Shown piece by piece: positions 36,731-46,442 of a DNA stretch of 64,000 bases (position 1 is its first letter; every line of letters begins with the position of its first letter). The notes beneath the pieces were generated by a model, which did not search any database, had not been told where the DNA came from, and saw only the letters and a program-made list of their open reading frames with translations. Source of the stretch: Muribaculaceae bacterium (GTDB lineage: Bacteria > Bacteroidota > Bacteroidia > Bacteroidales > Muribaculaceae). Made by a program: the position numbers and the translations under genes. The stretch covers positions 973 to 64,972 of the forward strand of contig JAFLTS010000014.1 of assembly GCA_022509185.1 (NCBI GenBank), read 5' to 3'.

Positions 36731-38716
36731 TTAAAAAAGACCATATTCTATACTTAACACCTGGAATTCTGTTCGCCTGTTAATCTGATCGGCTGCATCT
36801 TGATCTTCCTGGCTTAAGGTTTCTATGAACTGTTCTGTCAATACCGTGCCTTCTTCAAATTGAGGATAGTCTCTGTTGATTCTTTTTGTTACTGTTTTAG
36901 GAACGCTTTCTCCGTAGCCTTTCGGACTCAAGCGTTCTTCGTCTATCCCTGCTTTAATCAGATAATCGATCACACTTTGAGCACGTCTTTCTGATAAGGC
37001 GATATTATATTCGTCAGAGCCTTTTCTATCTGTATGAGATCCCATTTCAATTGAAACATGGGGATTTTCATTAAGCATAGCCACTATCTCATCTAAAGCT
37101 TCCTTAGATTCGGGACGCAGGGTAGCTTTGTCAAAGTCATAAAAAATATTTTCTACCACTTGCGGTTTATTAATAGCAGCTAAAATAAAGTCGATGCCAT
37201 AATCAGCGTCTTCTTCGGCTATATCGCTTTCAAATTCCTGTTTAACATTCAAATAACCCGGAGCACCCGCTTTCATTACATAACGAACCCCGCGTCCTAG
37301 ATTAAATTTAAAGGAGCCGTCATCGCGTGCTATTTCCCTTTGGTTACTTCCATCATCTCCGACAATTCTAATAACAGCTCCAGGAACCGGCTCTTCGTCT
37401 TTATCCATAACATAGCCTGAAATTGTGATTTTAAGATCGGGAAGTTCAAAGCTATAAATATGATCATAACCTCTCGCATCGCCACGATTTGAACTGAAAA
37501 ACCCGGCTTCTCCAGCCCCGAAGGTAATACCGAAATCATCACCGGAACTATTTATGGGGAGGCCCATATTTTCTACGCTCCAATAGTCGCCTGTGCTATT
37601 AAGTTTAGCTTTGAAAAGATCAAGGCCGCCAAATCCGGGATGACCGTTAGAAGCAAAGTAAAACAGAGAATCGGTACGGGAATAAGGAAACATTTCATCT
37701 CCCGAAGTATTTATTTGAGGTCCCATATTAATGAGAGTGCCAACACGATCATCAATATTTATTCTCCATATATCCAAACCCCCGTAACCTCCCGGCATAT
37801 CGCTTGTGAAATATAAATATTTACCATTAGAAGATACAGCAGGATGACCTGTAGCTGTGACACTATCATGGACAATTACGAATTTTTCCGGAGCACTCCA
37901 AGAGGCATCACTTCTTCTTGAAGTGAATATTTCTACAGTTGTATTTGAGGTTTCGGACCGTGAAGCCTTGGTGAGATACATTACCTGACCATCCGGCGAA
38001 AAGCTGATAATACCTTCATCTGACTCAGAATTAAGCTCTCCCTCTACGGGTTCAGCCCTCATCCATTGTCCTCTTTCATTTTTTTTAGCAAAGTAAATAT
38101 CACCTTTTTTCATTCCGGTGATTTCGGATTTATGATCGCCAGTTACTTTTTCGTTTGTTGACGTAAAATATAACTGATCTCCAGAAGCATCAATAAACAT
38201 CGGTGCATAATCAGCCCTGCTGGAATTGAAATTTTTTGCGTTTTTTACAATATAACGAGTTTTGGGCTTAGATTTTGCAATCAAAGCCATCTCACACCCT
38301 CTAATTCCTTCTAAAGACAAGGCATCATCGGGTTTAAAGGATAGGAAATCCTCATAAGCTTTTATGGCAGGAGTATATTTCCCTTCACTTTGAAGAGCTT
38401 TCCCTAAATAGAAGTAAGCCATACTATCGGGATATTCATAACGAATAGAGTTTTGAAAGGCTGCAGAAGCACGAGGAGCCATGTTTAATTTATCATAACA
38501 TAGACCCAGTTTAAAAGCAACCTCTCCTCTTAAAGGACGCTCTTCTTTCTTGGTGAGTTTATTATATACCTTTTTGTAGATTTTTTGAGCATCAAAATAT
38601 TCTCCTCGTGCGTAAGCTGCTTCCGCATCTGCCAGCTTTGCACTTTTACAGGCGGGCAAACAACAAATCAAGCCTGAAAGAACCAATAATAGGAATAACC
38701 TCAAAATAAATTTCAT
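36731..38716 (-). CDS. porE: PorE-like lipoprotein (TPR, PD40 propeller, carboxypeptidase-regulatory-like, OmpA_C)
   Basis: LPAC lipobox; TPR helices; FSPDG/FTSDMPGGYGGLDIW PD40 repeats; GSHTD..G...YN..LSERRA, NRRTEF. Confidence 0.75.
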   Translation of the reverse strand: MKFILRLFLLLVLSGLICCLPACKSAKLADAEAAYARGEYFDAQKIYKKVYNKLTKKEERPLRGEVAFKLGLCYDKLNMAPRASAAFQNSIRYEYPDSMAYFYLGKALQSEGKYTPAIKAYEDFLSFKPDDALSLEGIRGCEMALIAKSKPKTRYIVKNAKNFNSSRADYAPMFIDASGDQLYFTSTNEKVTGDHKSEITGMKKGDIYFAKKNERGQWMRAEPVEGELNSESDEGIISFSPDGQVMYLTKASRSETSNTTVEIFTSRRSDASWSAPEKFVIVHDSVTATGHPAVSSNGKYLYFTSDMPGGYGGLDIWRINIDDRVGTLINMGPQINTSGDEMFPYSRTDSLFYFASNGHPGFGGLDLFKAKLNSTGDYWSVENMGLPINSSGDDFGITFGAGEAGFFSSNRGDARGYDHIYSFELPDLKITISGYVMDKDEEPVPGAVIRIVGDDGSNQREIARDDGSFKFNLGRGVRYVMKAGAPGYLNVKQEFESDIAEEDADYGIDFILAAINKPQVVENIFYDFDKATLRPESKEALDEIVAMLNENPHVSIEMGSHTDRKGSDEYNIALSERRAQSVIDYLIKAGIDEERLSPKGYGESVPKTVTKRINRDYPQFEEGTVLTEQFIETLSQEDQDAADQINRRTEFQVLSIEYGLF

Positions 38717-39822
38717 AAAATAGTATAAGAAAATCTTAACGCTAAAACCGGATATACCGGGAATTTCTTAAAAGTATCTATATATTTTCCTACTTTGCCC
38801 CTGATATTTATAAGATCTTTACTAAAATTTATATCTTTTCCTGTAGTATAATCATGATTTATAACATCGGGTACACCTCCCCAGAAAAGCACACCGAGAT
38901 CAATTCCTACATTCCATTTTCCTTCTTTATCTATATTAGTTGTATATCCTGCTCCAAGATAAGGTTTGAAATGATTTACGAAAGCCTTGGCCGATACAGT
39001 TCCATCAGGAGCAGGCTCCATGATATAAGGAGTGCCATTCTTAAAATCTCCTATATGTACCCCCATTCTTCCATAAGCGGATAATTTATCTCTTATTTTT
39101 TCAACTAACTCAGGATTCATATAAGCTCCACCTCCCAAAGGAACATCATAAATACTCTCCAAATTTGTAAAGTATTGATAAGCATGGTTATATATATTTA
39201 ACCCAACGAGAGTAGGTTTTTCACCATAGGTGTTTATGGCTTTAGCTATCATAGAAGTACCGGCAAAGAATCCAACCGAGAAATACCAATGTCGATTCTT
39301 TTGAACGGGAAAAATATCTGCAATTAATTTAAAATTAAACATATGTCCTTTCCCGGTCATATGAACGGTTTCATCTATAGAAATTCCGGTGGTTTCATAT
39401 AGAATATCGGCCACATGATTAAAGTTGCCGGTTGGGATGCCGTCGGAATATGTATTTAGATTGAAAGATAGAGGAGATTTAAACTGAGGGATCCAGTCTA
39501 TTCCGGCGCGTAAGTTTACCCATTTAGTGACAGTAGTATTAATTTCCAGTCCAATACCCATAGATCCTATATCGATACTTGCCTGAAGTCCGTCGGCTAC
39601 GTGGTTAGTCTTTGACCAAATCTTAACATTATTCCAGATTTGTTTTATCCTGTTGCCTTCATATGGAGAATCAGAAGGGATATAGAAGTCTTCACAGTTA
39701 TTCTCGTATTCTTCAGAATAATAAATATCGTCAGCTTGAGATACATTTTCCTGAGCCTTTATTTCCGTACTTAGAAACAAAAGCAAGAAAAATAAAATCA
39801 AATATTTGTAACAAAGCTTCAT
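38713..39822 (-). CDS. Hypothetical outer-membrane beta-barrel protein
   Basis: Signal peptide; GSMGIGLE, KPYLGAGY, VYPVLALRFSYTIL terminal strand; ATGA overlap with the porE-like gene. Confidence 0.6.
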   Translation of the reverse strand: MKLCYKYLILFFLLLFLSTEIKAQENVSQADDIYYSEEYENNCEDFYIPSDSPYEGNRIKQIWNNVKIWSKTNHVADGLQASIDIGSMGIGLEINTTVTKWVNLRAGIDWIPQFKSPLSFNLNTYSDGIPTGNFNHVADILYETTGISIDETVHMTGKGHMFNFKLIADIFPVQKNRHWYFSVGFFAGTSMIAKAINTYGEKPTLVGLNIYNHAYQYFTNLESIYDVPLGGGAYMNPELVEKIRDKLSAYGRMGVHIGDFKNGTPYIMEPAPDGTVSAKAFVNHFKPYLGAGYTTNIDKEGKWNVGIDLGVLFWGGVPDVINHDYTTGKDINFSKDLINIRGKVGKYIDTFKKFPVYPVLALRFSYTIL

Positions 39823-39960
39823 TTATATCTTAACGGGAAAAACTCTTCCTTATGCAAATTTAATATCATTAATTCATAAATCATAATCCCATAACAAACC
39901 AAGGAATAAGAAATTTTGACTAAATTCGCATTTGAAACAAAGACAAATACTGATTAAACG

Positions 39961-40923
39961 ATGGGTTTTTTCAACAAATTATTCAGTCGGGAAAAGAAAG
40001 AAAAACTTGATGAGGGACTCCAAAAAACTAAAGAAGGAGTATGGAGTAAAATATCAAGGGCTATAGCAGGAAAGAGCAAAATAGATGACGATGTTCTGGA
40101 CGATCTCGAGGAATCCTTTATAACAAGTGATGTAGGAGTAGACACCACTCTTAAAATTATAGACAGGATTCGGGACCGGGTAGCTAAAGACAAATATGTA
40201 AATACTGAGGAATTAAATAGGCTCCTTGGAGAAGAAATAGCAGGTTTATTGGCAAAACCTAATACAGAAAGTAATGTAGAAGAAGATTTTACATTAAAAA
40301 AGAAGGGCACGCCTTATGTCATCATGGTTGTAGGTGTAAACGGCGTTGGCAAGACAACTACAATAGGGAAATTAGCCGCACAATTTAAAAAGGCTGGAAA
40401 TAAAGTGATCTTGGGTGCAGCAGATACTTTCAGAGCAGCAGCCATTGAACAATTGGATATTTGGGGTGAAAGAGTGGGAGTCCCTGTAATCAAGCAAAAA
40501 ATGGGTAGCGATCCGGCCGCTGTAGCTTTTGATACTTTAAATTCCGCAAAAGCTCAGGGCGCAGATGTAGTCATTATTGATACCGCAGGGCGCCTTCATA
40601 ATAAGGTGGGTTTAATGAATGAGCTTACAAAGATAAAGAATGTGATGAAACGAGTAATTCCTGAAGCTCCACAGGAAATATTACTTGTGCTTGATGGTTC
40701 TACCGGTCAAAATGCTTTTGAACAGGCGAAACAATTTATTGCAGCTACGGAAGTAAATGCTTTGGCCATTACTAAACTTGATGGAACGGCCAAAGGTGGA
40801 GTAGTGATAGGGATAAGCGATCAATTTCAGATTCCTGTTAAATATATAGGAATAGGAGAAGGCTTGGAGGATTTACAGGTGTTCAATGCTGAGGAATTTG
40901 TAAAAACACTATTTTCACTTTAA
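39961..40923 (+). CDS. ftsY: Signal recognition particle receptor FtsY
   Basis: GVNGVGKTT, DTFRAAA, DTAGR, TKLDGTAKGG. Confidence 0.97.
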   Translation: MGFFNKLFSREKKEKLDEGLQKTKEGVWSKISRAIAGKSKIDDDVLDDLEESFITSDVGVDTTLKIIDRIRDRVAKDKYVNTEELNRLLGEEIAGLLAKPNTESNVEEDFTLKKKGTPYVIMVVGVNGVGKTTTIGKLAAQFKKAGNKVILGAADTFRAAAIEQLDIWGERVGVPVIKQKMGSDPAAVAFDTLNSAKAQGADVVIIDTAGRLHNKVGLMNELTKIKNVMKRVIPEAPQEILLVLDGSTGQNAFEQAKQFIAATEVNALAITKLDGTAKGGVVIGISDQFQIPVKYIGIGEGLEDLQVFNAEEFVKTLFSL

Positions 40924-40931
40924 AATAAAAA

Positions 40932-42233
40932 GTGTATACTGTAGATGTTATTTCTTTAGGGTGTTCAAAGAATCTTGTCGAAAGTGAACGCCTCATGAAA
41001 CAATTGGAATCAAAAGGGTATAAAATAAGATTTGAGCCATCTTATCCCAATGGGGATTTAGTAGTGGTAAATACCTGTGGTTTTATTTCTGACGCTAAAG
41101 AAGAGTCAATAAATACTATTCTTGAATTATGTGAAAAAAAGAAAAGAGGGGAAATAGGGAAAATAGCGGTAATGGGATGTCTCTCCCAACGTTATTTAAA
41201 AACTTTGAAAAAAGAAATACCGGAGGTGGATAATTGGTATGGAAAGTTTGACTGGATAAAACTTATAGAGGACCTCCCTGAACAAAAGAAAGTAAAAAAG
41301 AAAATTCAGACATGGGAAAGAAAACTTACTACACCGCCCCATTCAGCTTATCTTAAAATTTCAGAGGGTTGTAACAGATTTTGCGCCTTTTGTGCTATAC
41401 CTCTGATAACAGGTAAACATACATCAAGACCCGTAGAAGAGGTGTTAGAAGAGGTTAGGCACCTGGTTAAAAAAGGAGTGAAAGAATTTAATATTATTGC
41501 CCAAGATCTTTCTTCCTATGGAAAAGATTTATATGGGAAATCCGTATTAGCCTCATTAATACAAAAAATATCAGACATAGAGGGTGTAAAATGGATCCGA
41601 CTTCATTATGCCTATCCAGCGGATTTCCCCATAGAAGTCTTAGATGTGATGGCAGAAAGGGAAAATGTATGCAAGTATCTTGATATTGCATTGCAACATA
41701 TTTCAGATCCCGTTTTGTCAAATATGCGTCGCCATATTTCTAAGGAGGAAACTTTGAAACTTCTAAAGGAAATACGTGCTCGAGTTCCGGGAATTAAATT
41801 ACGTACCACCCTTATGACGGGATTCCCGGGAGAAGGAGAAAAAGAATTTGAAGAACTTAAAGAATTTGTAAAGACACAAAGATTTGAAAGAATGGGCGCT
41901 TTTACTTATTGTGAGGAAGAAGATACTTATGCAGCAAAAAATAGTCCTGATACTATAGATTCCCTTATAAAACAAAATCGCCTAGACGAGATAATGCAAA
42001 TTCAACAGGGAATATCCCTGGAACTTAATGAAGAAATGGTCGGAAGTATCCAACGGGTAATAATAGATCGGATAGAAGAGGGTATTGCATATGGAAGAAC
42101 CCAATATGATTCTCCTGAGGTCGATCCTGAAGTTATAATAAAAGATGAAGAGCTAAAGCCGGGGGAATTTATAGAAGTTAAAATAACAGAAGCCTATCCT
42201 TTTGAACTTGTTGGAGAAGTTATTCATAAATAA
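40932..42233 (+). CDS. rimO: Ribosomal protein uS12 methylthiotransferase
   Basis: LGCSKN, NTCGFI, CNRFCAFC radical SAM motif, SPEVD, TRAM domain; GTG start. Confidence 0.95.
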   Translation: MYTVDVISLGCSKNLVESERLMKQLESKGYKIRFEPSYPNGDLVVVNTCGFISDAKEESINTILELCEKKKRGEIGKIAVMGCLSQRYLKTLKKEIPEVDNWYGKFDWIKLIEDLPEQKKVKKKIQTWERKLTTPPHSAYLKISEGCNRFCAFCAIPLITGKHTSRPVEEVLEEVRHLVKKGVKEFNIIAQDLSSYGKDLYGKSVLASLIQKISDIEGVKWIRLHYAYPADFPIEVLDVMAERENVCKYLDIALQHISDPVLSNMRRHISKEETLKLLKEIRARVPGIKLRTTLMTGFPGEGEKEFEELKEFVKTQRFERMGAFTYCEEEDTYAAKNSPDTIDSLIKQNRLDEIMQIQQGISLELNEEMVGSIQRVIIDRIEEGIAYGRTQYDSPEVDPEVIIKDEELKPGEFIEVKITEAYPFELVGEVIHK

Positions 42234-42244
42234 TCAGTTTCCTA

Positions 42245-43315
42245 ATGGGTATCACATATAAAAGGAATCGAGATACTACTAATGGTCCAATGATATTTTT
42301 CAGTATTTTTCACGATGAAGAATTTGAAGAAGAGATACGAAGTGCCTTTATAAATAATCTTTCCTTTTATGCCTACCGTCACCCTCATGATAGTATGATG
42401 AGTTATGGGTCATCAGAAGATTATATAGAAGGAATAGGAGAAGCAGGATTTGTGATAGGGTGGTTTGATGAAACACGTCCTTTTATCACTATACCTTATT
42501 CAAGACAAAAAATGAAATGTATTGATAAGGATTTATATAATTTTCCTTCTCAATCCACAACTTTTGAGGAGTATTCCAAAGAGGTGACTAATATTATAAA
42601 GGCTATAGAAAAAAAGGAGGTAACAAAAGTTATAGCGTCCAGAGTTATCGTTAAGGGAATAAACTTTGATATTGCAGAAAAATTTTATGAGCTGATTGAA
42701 AAATTCCCGGATTCATATGTTTTTTGTTTCAGTACTCCTGCAACAGGCTGTTGGATGGGAGCTAGTCCTGAATTGTTATTAAAAGGGGACAGTGATATCT
42801 TAAGCACTATGGCTTTGGCAGGCACTCGTGAAATTGGAAGTGAGGAAGAATGGGACCAAAAAAATATAGAGGAACAGAAAATTGTTACAGATTATATTTT
42901 AAATTGTTTCAGAACTAATGGTTTTATTCCCATAAATAATCCGGTAATTACGAAGAGAAGTGGAATAATAGAACATTTGTGTACTCCTATAACAGCATCC
43001 GTGAAAGAATTAGAATTAGATCAACTTGAAAGTTTATTACGGGATTTATCTCCCACGCCAGCTCTCTGCGGAACCCCAAAAGAAGAAGCAAAATTAATAA
43101 TCAAAACTCAAGAAAGTTTTGATAGGGGATGTTATGGTGGTTTTTGTGGACCATTTCATTCGACTAAGGATTTTACTTTTAATGTAGTGATAAGATGTGC
43201 TTCATTAAATGAAAAAAATTGTTGTATTTATGTTGGGGGAGGTATAACAGATAAATCGACAGTAGATAAGGAATGGTTAGAAACGGAACTTAAAGCAAGA
43301 AATATTTCAATGTGA
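42245..43315 (+). CDS. Chorismate-binding enzyme, isochorismate synthase (MenF-like)
   Basis: KVIASR, W.GASPELL, MALAGT, SPTPALCG.P, R.CYGG, GGGIT..S....EW.ET. Confidence 0.8.
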   Translation: MGITYKRNRDTTNGPMIFFSIFHDEEFEEEIRSAFINNLSFYAYRHPHDSMMSYGSSEDYIEGIGEAGFVIGWFDETRPFITIPYSRQKMKCIDKDLYNFPSQSTTFEEYSKEVTNIIKAIEKKEVTKVIASRVIVKGINFDIAEKFYELIEKFPDSYVFCFSTPATGCWMGASPELLLKGDSDILSTMALAGTREIGSEEEWDQKNIEEQKIVTDYILNCFRTNGFIPINNPVITKRSGIIEHLCTPITASVKELELDQLESLLRDLSPTPALCGTPKEEAKLIIKTQESFDRGCYGGFCGPFHSTKDFTFNVVIRCASLNEKNCCIYVGGGITDKSTVDKEWLETELKARNISM

Positions 43316-43327
43316 TGAGTTGAAATG

Positions 43328-43371
43328 AAAAAAAGATGTATCAATAATTAGACTATTGACACATCTTTTTT
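43328..43371. terminator. Bidirectional terminator
   Basis: A7-GATGTATCAATA/TATTGACACATC-T6. Confidence 0.8.
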
Positions 43372-43386
43372 ATTAGATATTATTGT

Positions 43387-45426
43387 TTACCAAATAATCA
43401 CTTGTTCGGAAGCGGGTAGGAACATAGGATCACCTTCTTCTATTCCGAAAGCTTCAAAGAAAGGAACGATATTTTTGAGAGAAACATTTACACGGTTCTT
43501 TCCTAAAGAATGAACATCTCCAATTGTGAGACTTCTAATTTCCTCATCACGAATATTATTTGCCCATAAATTTGCGAAATTAAGATAGAAAACCTGAGAA
43601 GGATCCAAACCGTCGATTCTGGCTTCTTCAGAATTCACATCAACCCCTTTCTTTTTCTGAGAATCAAGGAAAGCAGTATAGGCTATTCTTAAACCTCCCT
43701 GATCGGCAATATTTTCTCCTAAAGTGTATTGTCCATTGGCAAAAAGGCCCGGGAGGACTTCTATAACACTATACTGGTCAACAAGACCTTGAGTAAGTTT
43801 ATCAAAAGACTCTTTATCTTCCGGAGTCCACCAGTTTGACATATTACCTTGTGCATCAAACTGAGCTCCTTGATCATCGAAACCATGAGTTAATTCATGA
43901 CCGATTACCACTCCGATACCTCCATAATTTTCAGCATCACTAGCTTCGGGATCAAAGAAAGGAGCCTGTAATATACCGGCAGGGAAAACAATCTCGTTGT
44001 TCAATGGATTATAATAAGCATTGATAGTCTGAGGTGTCATTCCCCATTCAGTTCTATCAACGGGTTTACCCCATTTTTCAAGATATTTTTTCTGAGCCCA
44101 CATGTGAGCGTTGTGCACATTTTCCCAATAAGATAGAGAGGGATCAAGTTCTAATTCCGAATAATCTTTCCATTTGTCAGGATATCCTATTTTAACCGTA
44201 AATGCATTAAGTTTTTTCATAGCAGCCACTTTTGTGTCGTCGCTCATCCAAGGAAGATTAATAATGTGTTTCCCTAAGGCAGTGCGTAGATTCTCCACGA
44301 GTCCTTCCATGTAAACTTTAGAACTTTCCGGGAAATATTCAGCAACATACAATTCTCCTACTGCTTCACCCAAATTGCTTTCAGTCACAGCGAGAGATTT
44401 TTTCCATCTTGGTCTTTGTTCTTTAACTCCACTCATAACTTTATTGAATTCAAAAGAAGCATCAGAGAAATCATCACTCAGATAAGGTGAAGCTCCGTTG
44501 ACATACGTCCATAGGTAATAATCTTTTTTCTCTCTGTCGGAAAGAGATCCGAGCAGGTTGTCACCTTGTTTTATGGTATTTGGAGTAGTTGCGATGAATT
44601 GTTCGGGTGTTTCTATACCCATAGTTTCTATAAAGAAAGTGTCCCAAGGAATATTAGGATAATTATCCTTCAATTGAGACAAAGTCCGTGGATTATACAT
44701 TGCAGGAATATTTCTGCTTTCTTCTCGAGTCCATGTAGAATCTGCCAGAAGAGTTTCAATTTTCATTACATTTTTAACTATTCGTTTGGCATCCTTCTTA
44801 GAGTATCCTGCATTGATCATCTGTCTTTCGATTAGTTTTTCATAGGCCTCTCTCACCTCTTTATTACGTTTATCGTTTTTAAGATAATAATCACGGTCGC
44901 CAAGTCCCAGGCGAGCACCATCTACATACATAGCATATACCTGGCTGTTGGTGAGATCTTCTTGGGGTCCTGCATTAAAGAAAGGCGATCCATAATTCTT
45001 ATGAATCCATAAGAATAATTCTCCCATTTCTTCAGGTTTAGCATTCTCAATCTTGGCCAGGTCTGCGAGAATAGGTTTTGCACCTTCATTGTTACGCCTT
45101 ACAGAATCCATGCCGGCCTCGTATAAAGTAGCAATCAAATATGCATTTGTTCCTTTTTGAGGATTTGTTTTTGCCAAATTTGTTACAATATTCTTCACCC
45201 TATTGTTGCTGGAGTCTGTCAGTACATTAAATTGCCCGTAGCGAGAGTATTCAGGAGTAAGTGGATGCTTATCCATCCAGTCTTGATTCACATAAAGATA
45301 GAAATCCTCACTAGGTTTAACATTAGGATTCAATCCGGAACCATTAAGGCTTTTCAAATGTTCTTCAGCATTCAGAGTTCCACTTAAGCCAAATAAAGCT
45401 AAAGCTATAAATATAAAATTTTTCAT
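43387..45426 (-). CDS. M13 family metalloendopeptidase (PepO-like)
   Basis: NAYY, GHELTHGFDDQG, GENIAD; signal peptide. Confidence 0.93.
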   Translation of the reverse strand: MKNFIFIALALFGLSGTLNAEEHLKSLNGSGLNPNVKPSEDFYLYVNQDWMDKHPLTPEYSRYGQFNVLTDSSNNRVKNIVTNLAKTNPQKGTNAYLIATLYEAGMDSVRRNNEGAKPILADLAKIENAKPEEMGELFLWIHKNYGSPFFNAGPQEDLTNSQVYAMYVDGARLGLGDRDYYLKNDKRNKEVREAYEKLIERQMINAGYSKKDAKRIVKNVMKIETLLADSTWTREESRNIPAMYNPRTLSQLKDNYPNIPWDTFFIETMGIETPEQFIATTPNTIKQGDNLLGSLSDREKKDYYLWTYVNGASPYLSDDFSDASFEFNKVMSGVKEQRPRWKKSLAVTESNLGEAVGELYVAEYFPESSKVYMEGLVENLRTALGKHIINLPWMSDDTKVAAMKKLNAFTVKIGYPDKWKDYSELELDPSLSYWENVHNAHMWAQKKYLEKWGKPVDRTEWGMTPQTINAYYNPLNNEIVFPAGILQAPFFDPEASDAENYGGIGVVIGHELTHGFDDQGAQFDAQGNMSNWWTPEDKESFDKLTQGLVDQYSVIEVLPGLFANGQYTLGENIADQGGLRIAYTAFLDSQKKKGVDVNSEEARIDGLDPSQVFYLNFANLWANNIRDEEIRSLTIGDVHSLGKNRVNVSLKNIVPFFEAFGIEEGDPMFLPASEQVIIW

Positions 45427-45470
45427 AAGTCACTTATTTCTTTCTAAAATATAGGTATTATAGCTAAGGA

Positions 45471-46415
45471 TTATTTAAAAAGATATTGTGATGAAATTGA
45501 TTGGTTATTGTGTATTCTACGAATAGTATCGGCAAAAAGTTTTGCCACCGGCAAAACAACAGCTTTATGATTCTCTTTTCCGTAGGGTATTGAATCTGTG
45601 AAAATAATTTCATTTAAGCCCGATTCCAATACTCTTTGGGTAGCAGGTCCACTCATTAATGCATGACTGCAAAGCGCTCTGACAGACTTTGCTCCCTTTT
45701 CAAGAAGAAGATCGGCAGCTTTAGTTATTGTGCCGGCAGTATCGCTAATATCATCCACCAATACTACATTTTTATCATCAACATCTCCAATTACAGTCAT
45801 TTTTTCCACAACATTAGCTTTGGCCCTTTGTTTATGACATAAAACTAAGGGAACATCAAAATATTTGGCATAGGAATTAGCTCTTTTTGCTCCACCAACA
45901 TCAGGGGAGGCTATTACCAAATTTTCAAGGTGAAGGCTTTTGATGTATGGTATAAAAATTGAAGAAGCATATAAATGATCGACGGGCACATCGAAAAATC
46001 CCTGGATTTGATCAGCATGAAGGTCCATAGTTACTAATCTGTCGATTCCGGCCACACTAAGAAGATCGGCCACTAATTTTGCAGCTATAGAAACCCTTGG
46101 TTTATCTTTCCTGTCTTGACGGGCCCAACCGAAATATGGAATAACTGCTACAATAGTTGCCGCCGAAGCCCTTTTAGCCGCATCAATCATCAGGAGAAGT
46201 TCCATTAAATTGTCGGAATTGGGGAATGTAGATTGCACGAGATAGACTTCAGAACCTCTAATTGATTCTTCAAAAGATATTTCAAACTCGCCATCAGCAA
46301 ATTTTTCAATTTTCATTTTGCCGAGTTCAATGCCGAGTTCTTTGCAGATTGATTCTCCTAAATAATGACTCTTGGTGCCTGCAAACACTTTGATAGGAGG
46401 AAGATAGTTACTCAT
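45471..46415 (-). CDS. prs: Ribose-phosphate pyrophosphokinase
   Basis: FADGE, PYFGWARQDR, DLHADQIQGFF, VDDISDTAGT. Confidence 0.96.
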   Translation of the reverse strand: MSNYLPPIKVFAGTKSHYLGESICKELGIELGKMKIEKFADGEFEISFEESIRGSEVYLVQSTFPNSDNLMELLLMIDAAKRASAATIVAVIPYFGWARQDRKDKPRVSIAAKLVADLLSVAGIDRLVTMDLHADQIQGFFDVPVDHLYASSIFIPYIKSLHLENLVIASPDVGGAKRANSYAKYFDVPLVLCHKQRAKANVVEKMTVIGDVDDKNVVLVDDISDTAGTITKAADLLLEKGAKSVRALCSHALMSGPATQRVLESGLNEIIFTDSIPYGKENHKAVVLPVAKLFADTIRRIHNNQSISSQYLFK

Positions 46416-46442
46416 GGAGTATATATGATTAACGTTTTTTTG

